NCBI GenBank assembly: GCA_035325445.1
Contig: DAOKZW010000011.1
Coordinates: 39,815-103,814, forward strand
Reading direction: 5' to 3'
DNA: 64,000 nt
From: Flavobacteriales bacterium
GTDB taxonomy: Bacteria > Bacteroidota > Bacteroidia > Flavobacteriales_F > PHOS-HE28
This document shows positions 37,653-45,902 of the stretch, one piece after another. A program made the position numbers and the translations under genes. How positions within the stretch are numbered: the first letter of the stretch is position 1; each line of letters opens with the position of its first letter. The notes under the pieces were generated by a model. It did not search any database. It was not told where the DNA came from and saw only the letters and a list, made by a program, of their open reading frames with translations.

Positions 37653-39310
37653 GCCGCCCATCTCCCCAACGGACCATGGAGGGGCGCCAAGTGCAATGGC
37701 TGGCGATCATGTTCTTCCTCTTTATGCTGGTGCTGGCGTTCATACCGGCGATCCGGTCCGTATCGGGCCTCCCGTGGGGTTCCGTGATTGATTTCCATCG
37801 CGACGAATCCTTTGTGCGCGCCTTGCTCGAAGGCCATTATGGCGAGGACCCCACCTACTTGGGCGACCACCTTTGGTATCCGCCCCTGCTCACGTGGATC
37901 GAGTCCGCCCTGGTTGCCATCACCGGCTTGCCCCCCTCCACCATCATTGTTCAAATGGGGCCGTATGCCAACCTGCTGGCCCCGATCACTTTTTTCCTGA
38001 TGGCCTGGTACTTCCTGGGCGCGGGCCATGCGGCGCTGAGCACGGCCGCTTACCTGTTCTTCTCCGTGGGGCAGGAGCCGGGTTACGCCATCGCCACCTA
38101 TTCGCCGCGCTTGATCCCGGTATCCTTTGGCCAGGTTTTTTTCTACTTGGAGATCATCCTGGTCGATCGGGCCTTCCGCTCCACCCGCCTGATGCCCTCC
38201 CTATGGGCCGGTGCCGGCGCAGGCATCGCCTTTCTGGCCCATCCGGCCCCGGCGCTGATCGCGGTGCTCATATTCGCCGGGTACACCGCCGTGGATGTCA
38301 TCCGGGCCTTCCGGCAGGGCGACAAGGCCCACATACGGCGCCGTATTTCCGCCAGCTTCTTGGCCGGTGCTGCATTCCTGGTCACCACCTTGCCCATCAC
38401 GTGGTACATCATCGGCCACTACGGCATGCACACCATCAACCGGGCCGGCTTCCTGTTCACCTACTATGCGCTCACCCTGCACGACCTTGGGCTCTTCCTC
38501 AATTACAACCTCACCTTCTTCAGCATCATCGCCCTGCTGGGCGCCTGGCTTGTTTGGCGCCGGCAAGGCCAGGACACCATGGCGCCCGGTTCCCGACGGA
38601 TGCTGCTATCCTGGCTGCTGATCAGCTTGGTGCTGTTCGCCTACAGCTACACGGTAAGCGTGCTGGACAAGCATGCGGGCCTCAGCCTGCCCGGCACGGT
38701 GCCCACCTTCCACTTCTTCTTTTACATGAAAGCCACCATGGCCCTGTTTGCGGGCATCGCGGGCTGGGAGCTCTTTGCATGGGCCTGGCGCCTGGTCACC
38801 CGCACCTCGTCGTGCACCCCTCTGGCCCTGCAGCCCAAGCCCGCACTGGTCCTTTTCTCCATCACCGCATTGGCGTGCACGCTGAACTACCCGTCTTACG
38901 CCACCCGCCGCGATGTGCGGCTATCGCACAACCGCGACCGGGCCTTTTTGGAAAACAACCCGGGCATTGAAGTGGCCGAAACATTGGGCACGTTGCTGCC
39001 CTGGGGGGCGGTGGTGCTCTGCGAGATCAAGCACAGCGGCTGGCCCGTGCTGCCCACGGCGCGCCACGTGGTGGCCACCGAATCCACCTTCGGCAACCCC
39101 TACGTGGACCAGCGGCAACGGGAGACCGACAACGCCCTGCTGCTGCAAGGCATGAGCGCCCCTCGCGGCGATACGCGGGGGCTGCTGGAGCAATACGGGG
39201 TGACCAACCTGCTGGTGAGCCCCGAGGAACTGGAACAGATGCCCTTGGCGCATGGCTGGTTCCCGCAGCAGGTTTTTCGCAATGATGGATTCGTGCTGTT
39301 GGGCCGGTAA
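37649..39310 (+). CDS. Polytopic membrane protein, GT-C-fold glycosyltransferase-like
   Basis: About a dozen hydrophobic segments by eye. There is an acidic motif in the first loop (VIDFHRDESF) and a roughly 130-aa soluble C-terminal domain. The architecture and operon context resemble ArnT/Emb/Aft/TfpW-type enzymes. Start trimmed to ATG at 37649. Confidence 0.55.
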   Translation: MSRPSPQRTMEGRQVQWLAIMFFLFMLVLAFIPAIRSVSGLPWGSVIDFHRDESFVRALLEGHYGEDPTYLGDHLWYPPLLTWIESALVAITGLPPSTIIVQMGPYANLLAPITFFLMAWYFLGAGHAALSTAAYLFFSVGQEPGYAIATYSPRLIPVSFGQVFFYLEIILVDRAFRSTRLMPSLWAGAGAGIAFLAHPAPALIAVLIFAGYTAVDVIRAFRQGDKAHIRRRISASFLAGAAFLVTTLPITWYIIGHYGMHTINRAGFLFTYYALTLHDLGLFLNYNLTFFSIIALLGAWLVWRRQGQDTMAPGSRRMLLSWLLISLVLFAYSYTVSVLDKHAGLSLPGTVPTFHFFFYMKATMALFAGIAGWELFAWAWRLVTRTSSCTPLALQPKPALVLFSITALACTLNYPSYATRRDVRLSHNRDRAFLENNPGIEVAETLGTLLPWGAVVLCEIKHSGWPVLPTARHVVATESTFGNPYVDQRQRETDNALLLQGMSAPRGDTRGLLEQYGVTNLLVSPEELEQMPLAHGWFPQQVFRNDGFVLLGR

Positions 39311-39369
39311 AAAATGAAAACACCCTTCGTCTGTCCGTAGCCGTTACATTTGGACATCCACGAGCGAGC

Positions 39370-40134
39370 ATGGGGCCACAGGTGAAAGAGGCGGGGGAGT
39401 TCCGGTACATCGACGTAGGCGAGGGCCCGCCCTTGGTATTCCTGCACGGTCTTTTCGGCGCCCTGAGCAACTTCCAGGACACCACGGAGCACTTCTCGAA
39501 GAATTACCGGGTGGTGATGCCCATCCTGCCCTTGTACTCGCTGCCCATGCTGAACACGAACGTGAAGGCGCTGGCCGAATTCCTGGACCGGTTCCTGCAG
39601 CACTTGGGGCTTCGCGACATCAACCTGCTGGGCAATTCGCTGGGGGGCCATGTGGCCTTGGTGTACAGCAGCCGGCACAGTTCCAACATCCGGACGCTGA
39701 TCCTCACCGGGAGCAGCGGCCTGTATGAAAACGCCTTCGGCGGCAGTTTCCCCCGGCGTGAAGACAAGGAATTCATCCGCAAGAAAGTTGCGGTCACCTT
39801 TTACGATCCGGCCATGGCCACGGACGAGCTGGTGGATGAGTGCTTCGTAACGGTGAACGACCGTGCCAAGCTGATCCGCATCCTGTCGCTGGCCAAGAGC
39901 GCGATCCGGCACAACATGGCCGAGGTGCTTCCCACCCTGAAGATGCCGGTCTGCCTGATCTGGGGCAAACAGGACACCATTACGCCGCCGCACGTGGCGG
40001 AAGAGTTCCATGAGCTCATTCCGCAAAGCGAGCTGTATTGGATCGACCAATGCGGCCATGCGGCCATGATGGAGCGCCCCGAGGAGTTCAACGCCATCTT
40101 GGGAGACTGGTTGAAGAAGACGCTGGCCCGTTAG
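39370..40134 (+). CDS. Alpha/beta hydrolase fold protein
   Basis: PLVFLHGLFG, nucleophile elbow GNSLGG, and C-terminal DQCGHAAMMERPEEF. Confidence 0.85.
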   Translation: MGPQVKEAGEFRYIDVGEGPPLVFLHGLFGALSNFQDTTEHFSKNYRVVMPILPLYSLPMLNTNVKALAEFLDRFLQHLGLRDINLLGNSLGGHVALVYSSRHSSNIRTLILTGSSGLYENAFGGSFPRREDKEFIRKKVAVTFYDPAMATDELVDECFVTVNDRAKLIRILSLAKSAIRHNMAEVLPTLKMPVCLIWGKQDTITPPHVAEEFHELIPQSELYWIDQCGHAAMMERPEEFNAILGDWLKKTLAR

Positions 40135-40149
40135 GCAAGGGGCCTGCCG

Positions 40150-40776
40150 GTGCGCATGAAGAACCTGAAGGCTGAACACTTGGGAAGCGGGCGCCTCGCC
40201 GCGCACTGGCCGAAGCCCACGCTGCCGGAATACGCCTTCATCGGGCGGAGCAATGTGGGGAAGAGCTCGCTGATCAACATGCTGGTGGGCATCCATCGCT
40301 TGGCGCGGGTAAGCGGCACCCCGGGCCGCACCCGCAACGTGGAGCACTTCCGTGTGGAGCCCGTGGCCGGACAAGGGCCCGCCTGGCTGCTGGCCGACCT
40401 GCCCGGATACGGCTTTGCCAAGACCAGCAAGGCGGAGCGGGCGACATGGCAGCAGATGGTGCACACCTACCTACGGGAGCGGGAGAACCTGCAATGCGTG
40501 TTCCTGCTGGTGGACGTGCGGCACGAGCCGCAACAGAACGACTTGGAGATGATCCACTGGTTGGGCACCGAAGGGATCCCGTTCGTCATCCTGTTCACCA
40601 AGAGCGACAAATTGAAACAGCCGGCGATCATGAGTAACGTGGCACTCTACCGGCGTACGCTGAAACGGACCTGGGAGAACCTGCCTTACCTCATCATCAC
40701 TTCATCCGAAACAGGACAGGGACGCGATGAAATGCTGGGCTTCATCGCCGATGTGAATGCACGGTGGGAAGGGTGA
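40150..40776 (+). CDS. engB: Ribosome biogenesis GTPase YihA/EngB
   Basis: FIGRSNVGKSSLINML (G1), DLPGYG (G3) and FTKSDK (G4). The start is GTG at 40150 or ATG at 40156. Confidence 0.9.
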   Translation: MRMKNLKAEHLGSGRLAAHWPKPTLPEYAFIGRSNVGKSSLINMLVGIHRLARVSGTPGRTRNVEHFRVEPVAGQGPAWLLADLPGYGFAKTSKAERATWQQMVHTYLRERENLQCVFLLVDVRHEPQQNDLEMIHWLGTEGIPFVILFTKSDKLKQPAIMSNVALYRRTLKRTWENLPYLIITSSETGQGRDEMLGFIADVNARWEG

Positions 40777-40783
40777 GGACGGT

Positions 40784-40867
40784 GGCGGTTGGCAGTTGGC
40801 AGTTGGCAGTTGGCAGTTGGCAGTTGGCAGTTGGCAGTTGGCGGTTGGTAGTTGGTAGTTGGTAGTT
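40784..40867. repeat. Heptanucleotide tandem array (12 units)
   Basis: GGCGGTT, then seven perfect GGCAGTT, then GGCGGTT, then three GGTAGTT. It lies between the convergent 3' ends of engB and gldC. Confidence 0.95.
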
Positions 40868-40908
40868 GTCGGCAGTGCTTCGAACAACGGTCAACTGACA
40901 ACCAACAA

Positions 40909-41238
40909 CTACTTCTTCAGGTCCGGCAGCATGTGCTCGGCGAAGTAATCCGCGAAGTCGCGCATCTGGGCCGCCATCTTACCCTCGTTGGTGGCGCGCT
41001 CGAATGTGTCGGCCAACGTGAGGATGTTCTGATGGAAGAAGGCCTTCATTTCATCGGTGGTCATCTCCTTGGTCCAAAGGTCGATGCGCAACGTATTGAG
41101 CTCCTGGGCATCCCAGAAGCTCAACAACATGGCTTTTCCAACGCCTTGCTCCCGGCCGTCCTGGGCCTTCCATTCGATGTGCTCGGGCACGTGGTTTTCA
41201 TCGGTGTGCACACGGATGATGATGTCTGATTCCTTCAT
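40909..41238 (-). CDS. gldC: Gliding motility protein GldC
   Basis: DENHVPEHIEWKAQDG...AMLLSFWDAQELNTLRIDLWTKEMTTDEMKAFFHQ...ADTFERAT. It is adjacent to gldB. Start trimmed to ATG at 41238. Confidence 0.85.
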   Translation of the reverse strand: MKESDIIIRVHTDENHVPEHIEWKAQDGREQGVGKAMLLSFWDAQELNTLRIDLWTKEMTTDEMKAFFHQNILTLADTFERATNEGKMAAQMRDFADYFAEHMLPDLKK

Positions 41239-41319
41239 GGGTCGTGGTGGTGCCATGGTCTGCGGGCTTATACCAAGGCCGGTCATGTCCACCGGTCCCC
41301 TGCCCTTTCACTTCACGGC

Positions 41320-42360
41320 TTACCTGGGTTTATAGGTTTTCAAGATCGCCTGCGCATCACTCTTGTTGAACAGGTCCGCAAAGGTTGTTCCCGGGTGCGC
41401 ACGCAGATAGCTGGCCACCATGCGGTACCCGATCCACTCGCCAATATGGCCGGGGCTTTCCCGTGGCAAACCCGGGGTGAAGGGGCCGTCATTCATGAAC
41501 CGGTCCACCACCTTGGGGTCTTTGGAATACAGCAGTTCCTTGCCCACGATCTCGCGCCAGATATTGAACTCGTTCTCCTCGCACCACTTCAGCTGCCCCG
41601 GGGTGAAGGCGAACAGCAAGACGGGGTCCGTGCCGGGCATCAGGGCATCGAGCAAGGCCATCACCTTGCCGATCACGACCAGGTTCTCCAATAGGCTTTC
41701 GCCGCGCGTATCCCATGTGTAATGCACTTGGAGCCATCCCTTCACCACGCTGGGCACCAGCATTTCGGGGCGCATCCGGTCCTTGCGGTATTGCGGGAAT
41801 ATCTCGGGGGCCAGGTATTGCACCACCGGGCTGTCCTTTCCCACGAACCATTCCACCCCGAAACCCAACACGCTGTCGGTGGGCAGCACACCAAAATTGA
41901 AGCCCGAGTTGTAGGCCACTATCCGCGGTATGAGGCTATCGGGGAAAATGGCCTTCAGCCGTCCGAAGGCTTCGTTGAAGGCAGCCTGCTCCTTGGCCAT
42001 ATCGCCGAATACGCTGTCCGCTCGCTGCTGCACGGCGCTCCAGTCGTGGTCGTGGGTAAAATGGATCAAGGCCATGGGAAGGCGTGGATCATCATAAGCC
42101 GCGGCCTGGAGCACATCTTCCACATAGGTCTTGTAAAACTCGCCGTAGGTGGCGTACAGGCGCATGCTGAAGTTGCCCGATGAATCGTTGGCCGCACGGA
42201 ACAGGTCCTGGTCCAACCGCTCGATGCGGATGTGTGCGTCCACCGGTTTGATCTTCCTCAGGGAGGCCTCATTGCCGCCGCAAGCGGCCAAGCCCAGCAG
42301 GACCGCCCCTGCCGCGAGGGGAGCCCAGTAGCCCCGAGTGCACTTACCTTTGGCCATCAT
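41320..42360 (-). CDS. gldB: Gliding motility lipoprotein GldB
   Basis: Lipobox (LLGLAACGG). The size and the gldB-gldC-nadE neighbourhood match Flavobacterium. Conserved blocks (RIERLDQDLF, YNSGFNFGV, NIWREIV). Confidence 0.8.
   Translation of the reverse strand: MMAKGKCTRGYWAPLAAGAVLLGLAACGGNEASLRKIKPVDAHIRIERLDQDLFRAANDSSGNFSMRLYATYGEFYKTYVEDVLQAAAYDDPRLPMALIHFTHDHDWSAVQQRADSVFGDMAKEQAAFNEAFGRLKAIFPDSLIPRIVAYNSGFNFGVLPTDSVLGFGVEWFVGKDSPVVQYLAPEIFPQYRKDRMRPEMLVPSVVKGWLQVHYTWDTRGESLLENLVVIGKVMALLDALMPGTDPVLLFAFTPGQLKWCEENEFNIWREIVGKELLYSKDPKVVDRFMNDGPFTPGLPRESPGHIGEWIGYRMVASYLRAHPGTTFADLFNKSDAQAILKTYKPR
42345..42352 (+). promoter_or_regulatory. Candidate -7 box (TACCTTTG) for the beta-barrel protein gene
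   Basis: Exact TAnnTTTG match 28 nt upstream of the ATG at 42381. No convincing -33 TTG is present. Confidence 0.3.
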
Positions 42361-42380
42361 TCCAAAACGCCCGCAAACCT

Positions 42381-43061
42381 ATGAAGAAGGTCATCGCCAT
42401 TCTCTGCCTGCTGTCACTCAGCGCTGGTGGGCCGGTCCAGGCCCAGCCCGTCCGCTTTGGCATCAAACTGGCCCCCAATTTCGGTCTCATCAAGCCCGAT
42501 ACCAAGGAACTGAAGAGCGACGGTACGCGGTTCGGCTTCACCTTCGGGTTGATGAGCGATTTCATGATCGGGTCCACGGAGAACTATGCGTTCTCCACGG
42601 GTCTTTTCCTGAACAACGTGGGCGGGAAGACCACCTATCCGTTCGGTGACAAGAACCTGCACACCGAGTCGAAATACCAGTACATCGAACTGCCGCTGAC
42701 GCTGAAGCTGAAGACCAACGAGATCGGCTACATGACCTACTTCGGCCAGATCGGTTTTGGGGCGGCGTTCAACATTGCGGCCAAGAGCGATTTCGACGAG
42801 CCCGATGCCAAGGGGGATATCGTTCGTGTGACCGACGAGGACATCATGGACCACACGAACCTGTTCAAGGCTTCCCTGATCGTGGGCGCCGGGCTTGAGT
42901 TCAACTTCAGCGGCAACACGGCCGCCATGGTGGGTATTACCTACAACAACGGCTTCACGAACATCCTGAAGGACCAGACCATCACGGACGCCTCGGGAAC
43001 GAAAAAATCCATGAAGGCCAAGCAGAACTACTTCGAGCTGTCGCTCGGGATCTTCTTCTGA
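42381..43061 (+). CDS. Outer-membrane beta-barrel protein (PorT/OmpA-like barrel family)
   Basis: Signal peptide (MKKVIAILCLLSLSAGGPVQAQ), alternating beta-strand pattern and C-terminal ...YFELSLGIFF. Confidence 0.75.
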   Translation: MKKVIAILCLLSLSAGGPVQAQPVRFGIKLAPNFGLIKPDTKELKSDGTRFGFTFGLMSDFMIGSTENYAFSTGLFLNNVGGKTTYPFGDKNLHTESKYQYIELPLTLKLKTNEIGYMTYFGQIGFGAAFNIAAKSDFDEPDAKGDIVRVTDEDIMDHTNLFKASLIVGAGLEFNFSGNTAAMVGITYNNGFTNILKDQTITDASGTKKSMKAKQNYFELSLGIFF

Positions 43062-43089
43062 CCCCGGCCTGCACGGGAATACCCGGAAG

Positions 43090-43125
43090 GCCCCGCACGC
43101 CGCCCGGCATGCGGGGCTTTTCTTT
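43090..43125 (+). terminator. Rho-independent terminator
   Basis: GCCCCGCA-N12-TGCGGGGC followed by TTTTCTTT. Confidence 0.65.
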
Positions 43126-43130
43126 GCACC

Positions 43131-43922
43131 ATGTTGAACGTGGAAGGCGCCATCCGGCACATCACCGACTGGCTGCGGCAATACTGCGCCAAGGCGGGCC
43201 AGCAAGGCTTCGTGGTGGGCATCAGCGGCGGCATCGACAGCGCCGTGGTAAGCACCTTGTGCGCACGCACCGGCCTGCCAGTGCTGTGCGTGGAAATGCC
43301 CATCCATCAGCCACCCACGCATGTGGCGCGGGCACAGGAACACATAGCTTGGCTACGGGAAGGCTTTCCCCACGTGTCGGGCGAACGCATCGACCTCACC
43401 TCCGCCTTCGACACGCTGGCGGGTGCCTTGCCCCAAGCAGGCGGACAGCCGGCGATCGACCTGGCCATGGCCAACACGCGGGCCCGCCTGCGCATGACCA
43501 CCCTGTACTATCTGGCCGGCATCCGGCGCATGCTGGTGGCCGGCACCGGCAACAAAGTGGAGGACTTCGGTGTGGGCTTCTACACCAAATACGGCGATGG
43601 CGGCGTGGACCTGTCCCCCATCGGCGGCCTCACCAAGAGCGAGGTGTACGCCTTGGCCCAGGCGCTGGGCATCGTGGAAAGCATCCGGCAGGCCAAGCCC
43701 AGCGACGGGCTTTTCGCGGACGACCGCAGCGATGAGGACCAGTTGGGCGCCACCTATCCCGAACTCGAATGGGCGATGGCGCTCCGGGCATCCGGGGCGG
43801 CACCGGATGAGCCCACCGAACGACAAGCCCAAGTGTTGGCCATCTACGATCACCTGCACAAGATCAATGCCCACAAATGGTCGCCGATCCCGGTATGCCT
43901 GCTGCCGCCGGGCCTGCGTTGA
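43131..43922 (+). CDS. nadE: Ammonia-dependent NAD+ synthetase
   Basis: GFVVGISGGIDSAVVSTL (PP-loop SGGxDS) and GTGNKVEDFGVGFYTKYGDGGVDLSPIGGLTKSEVY. Confidence 0.93.
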   Translation: MLNVEGAIRHITDWLRQYCAKAGQQGFVVGISGGIDSAVVSTLCARTGLPVLCVEMPIHQPPTHVARAQEHIAWLREGFPHVSGERIDLTSAFDTLAGALPQAGGQPAIDLAMANTRARLRMTTLYYLAGIRRMLVAGTGNKVEDFGVGFYTKYGDGGVDLSPIGGLTKSEVYALAQALGIVESIRQAKPSDGLFADDRSDEDQLGATYPELEWAMALRASGAAPDEPTERQAQVLAIYDHLHKINAHKWSPIPVCLLPPGLR

Positions 43923-43992
43923 ACACGAACCCGTGGCAGGCCGGAGAGCATGCCGGGGCCCTACATTCATCCAGTCAATAGCTACACACCCC

Positions 43993-44994
43993 ATGCATTT
44001 GCGCCTTCTTCTTGCGGCACTCCTGTACGGCCTGGTTATTCTGTCCCCGTTGCGGACACAGGCGCAGGCCGACAGCCTGCGGGCCGTGATCGCCTCGCAG
44101 GAGGCCGCCCTGGCGCATGCCGACAGCACGGGCAACCTCATCGCTTCCTTCGAGGCACGGCTACATCTGGCCGAGCTGGCCAGGTCGGCGCAGGCCTTCA
44201 CCTTGCTGAAGGAAGCCTGCACCCTGGCAGACAGCCTCCGGCGCCCCGACCTGGGCGTGATGGCACGGCGCATGCTGGCCAAGCGCCACGCGGCCGCCGG
44301 GCAATACGCCTTGGCCTTTGCCGCAAGCCAGGGCGCCGATTCGCTGGACCATCTCCGCGAACTGGACGAGGCCGCGGAGGTCGCGGCACGGCATGCCGCC
44401 GAACGGCAACAGCTTGAGGTTGCGGCGGACAGCCTGCTGCAGACCGGCCTGCAACGCGAACGCACCATGGCACAAGCCATCGTGGAGCTGCAGACCAAGG
44501 CGGACCGTTGGATGCTCATCGCCTTGGCGGTCCTGCTCCTGGCCCTGTTGCTGGTGGTGTGGCTGCTCTATCGCGCAGGCCGGATGAGCACGCGGCTGCA
44601 GGGCACCATCGAAAACCTGCGCAAGGATGTGGGTGATCGCAAAGTGCGCCCCGTGCCACCGCCGGTCGATGAGGAACCCACTGCCGTACAGGTGCCCCCC
44701 GCCGTGGTGGACGAGGCCATGAAACCCGTGGTGGAGGGCCTTTTCCGGAAGGCCGCCCCGGAACGCCTGCAAACGCTACGCGATGCGCGCCAGCGCCAGG
44801 ACATCGAAAAGACCCTTCGGGTGGTGGCCTCCGTAAAGCCGCAACTACTGGCGTTCGACGCGGAGCGCTTCGGCCCGTTGATCGCGCGCCTCAAGGCGCC
44901 CGGCGCGGCAAGCGATGCCCTCCAATGGTCCGCCGACCTGGATGCCTTGGAAAAAGGGATCGAGGAGTGGAGCGCACGGCAGAAGGACTGGTGA
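43993..44994 (+). CDS. Hypothetical single-pass membrane protein
   Basis: Signal-like N-terminus, an Ala/Leu-rich helical ectodomain, a TM segment (WMLIALAVLLLALLLVVWLL) and a helical cytoplasmic tail. Start trimmed to ATG at 43993. Confidence 0.5.
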   Translation: MHLRLLLAALLYGLVILSPLRTQAQADSLRAVIASQEAALAHADSTGNLIASFEARLHLAELARSAQAFTLLKEACTLADSLRRPDLGVMARRMLAKRHAAAGQYALAFAASQGADSLDHLRELDEAAEVAARHAAERQQLEVAADSLLQTGLQRERTMAQAIVELQTKADRWMLIALAVLLLALLLVVWLLYRAGRMSTRLQGTIENLRKDVGDRKVRPVPPPVDEEPTAVQVPPAVVDEAMKPVVEGLFRKAAPERLQTLRDARQRQDIEKTLRVVASVKPQLLAFDAERFGPLIARLKAPGAASDALQWSADLDALEKGIEEWSARQKDW

Positions 44995-45012
44995 GGACCG
45001 GGTGCAGGGCCG

Positions 45013-45846
45013 TCACCGGGCCGCGAGCAGGCGCATGGCCTCGGCGGGCCTGTCGGTGATCAGGCCGTCCACCCCCATGTCGATCATCCGCTGCATGTCG
45101 GCCGTTCCATTGACGGTCCATGTCAACACACCGATGCCACGTACACGCAGCCACGTTACCAACTCGTCTGAGACCAGGAAAAATGGGGCGCTGTAATAAC
45201 GGGGCGTGAAACGCAGTTTCCCCAGGTTCACTTCAGGGCCGTCGATGTTATCGATCAGCAAGGCCAGCGGGAGCTGCGGCCTCCGTTCGTGCATGGCCTC
45301 CAGCACGGCGGGGTCGAAGCTCTGCACCAGGCACCGGTCCAAGCCGGATGATGCGATCACTTGGAGCACGGCATCCAGCAAGATCGCGGGTTCGGGCTGG
45401 CGCAGGCCATACCAGGCCGGGTCACTTTTCACCTCAATGTTCAGGCCCGGCATGGGCTTCCCACTTTCCCGGGACCATCGCCGCAAGGCCTCCACTACTT
45501 CGGTCAAGGTGGGCTTGGGGGCGCTTGATCCCTTGCCACCGGCGGCCTTCACGCGATAGCGCTGCACCTCGACCAGGGGCATCCGGTAGATGTTGAGGCC
45601 ATGCCCCTGCTCCTCCGATAGGCTTCTCCCCTCCCCGTCCACGCACCACGCGGGATCCATCCATGGTTCATGGCTTATCAGCACGTGCCCATCGCCCGTG
45701 ACCACCACGTCCATCTCCAACCACGGGCAACCCGTGTCCGCCGCCTTCCGGAAGGCTGGGATGGTATTGGGCGGAACGCCATCATCACACCCGCGATGGC
45801 CATGTACCTCGGTCATGGTGACGCTGCTGCCGTTGTCCGGGGCCAT
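45013..45846 (-). CDS. Glycerophosphodiester phosphodiesterase family protein
   Basis: VHGHRGC...PPNTIPAFRKA...LEMDVVVTGDGHVLISHE and TWTVN. The start is ATG at 45846 or at 45816. Confidence 0.8.
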   Translation of the reverse strand: MAPDNGSSVTMTEVHGHRGCDDGVPPNTIPAFRKAADTGCPWLEMDVVVTGDGHVLISHEPWMDPAWCVDGEGRSLSEEQGHGLNIYRMPLVEVQRYRVKAAGGKGSSAPKPTLTEVVEALRRWSRESGKPMPGLNIEVKSDPAWYGLRQPEPAILLDAVLQVIASSGLDRCLVQSFDPAVLEAMHERRPQLPLALLIDNIDGPEVNLGKLRFTPRYYSAPFFLVSDELVTWLRVRGIGVLTWTVNGTADMQRMIDMGVDGLITDRPAEAMRLLAAR

Positions 45847-45902
45847 GCCCTGTGGTTTTGATGGATGCGGCCCATGGCTTGTGTCTTCGCCGCCGGGTCT
45901 GA

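Noticed and set aside
40686-40901. Short ORFs translating to QLPTANCQLPTANC... across the heptamer array.
   Set aside because: The periodic peptide is simply the 7-nt repeat read in three phases. These ORFs have no credible start context, and they overlap the engB 3' end.
43993-44994. An HPt-like phosphotransfer domain in the C-terminal tail of the hypothetical membrane protein.
   Set aside because: This rests only on a vague resemblance of a helical segment (LRVVASVKPQLLAFDAERF). No conserved phospho-accepting His is in the expected context, so this is too speculative without a profile search.
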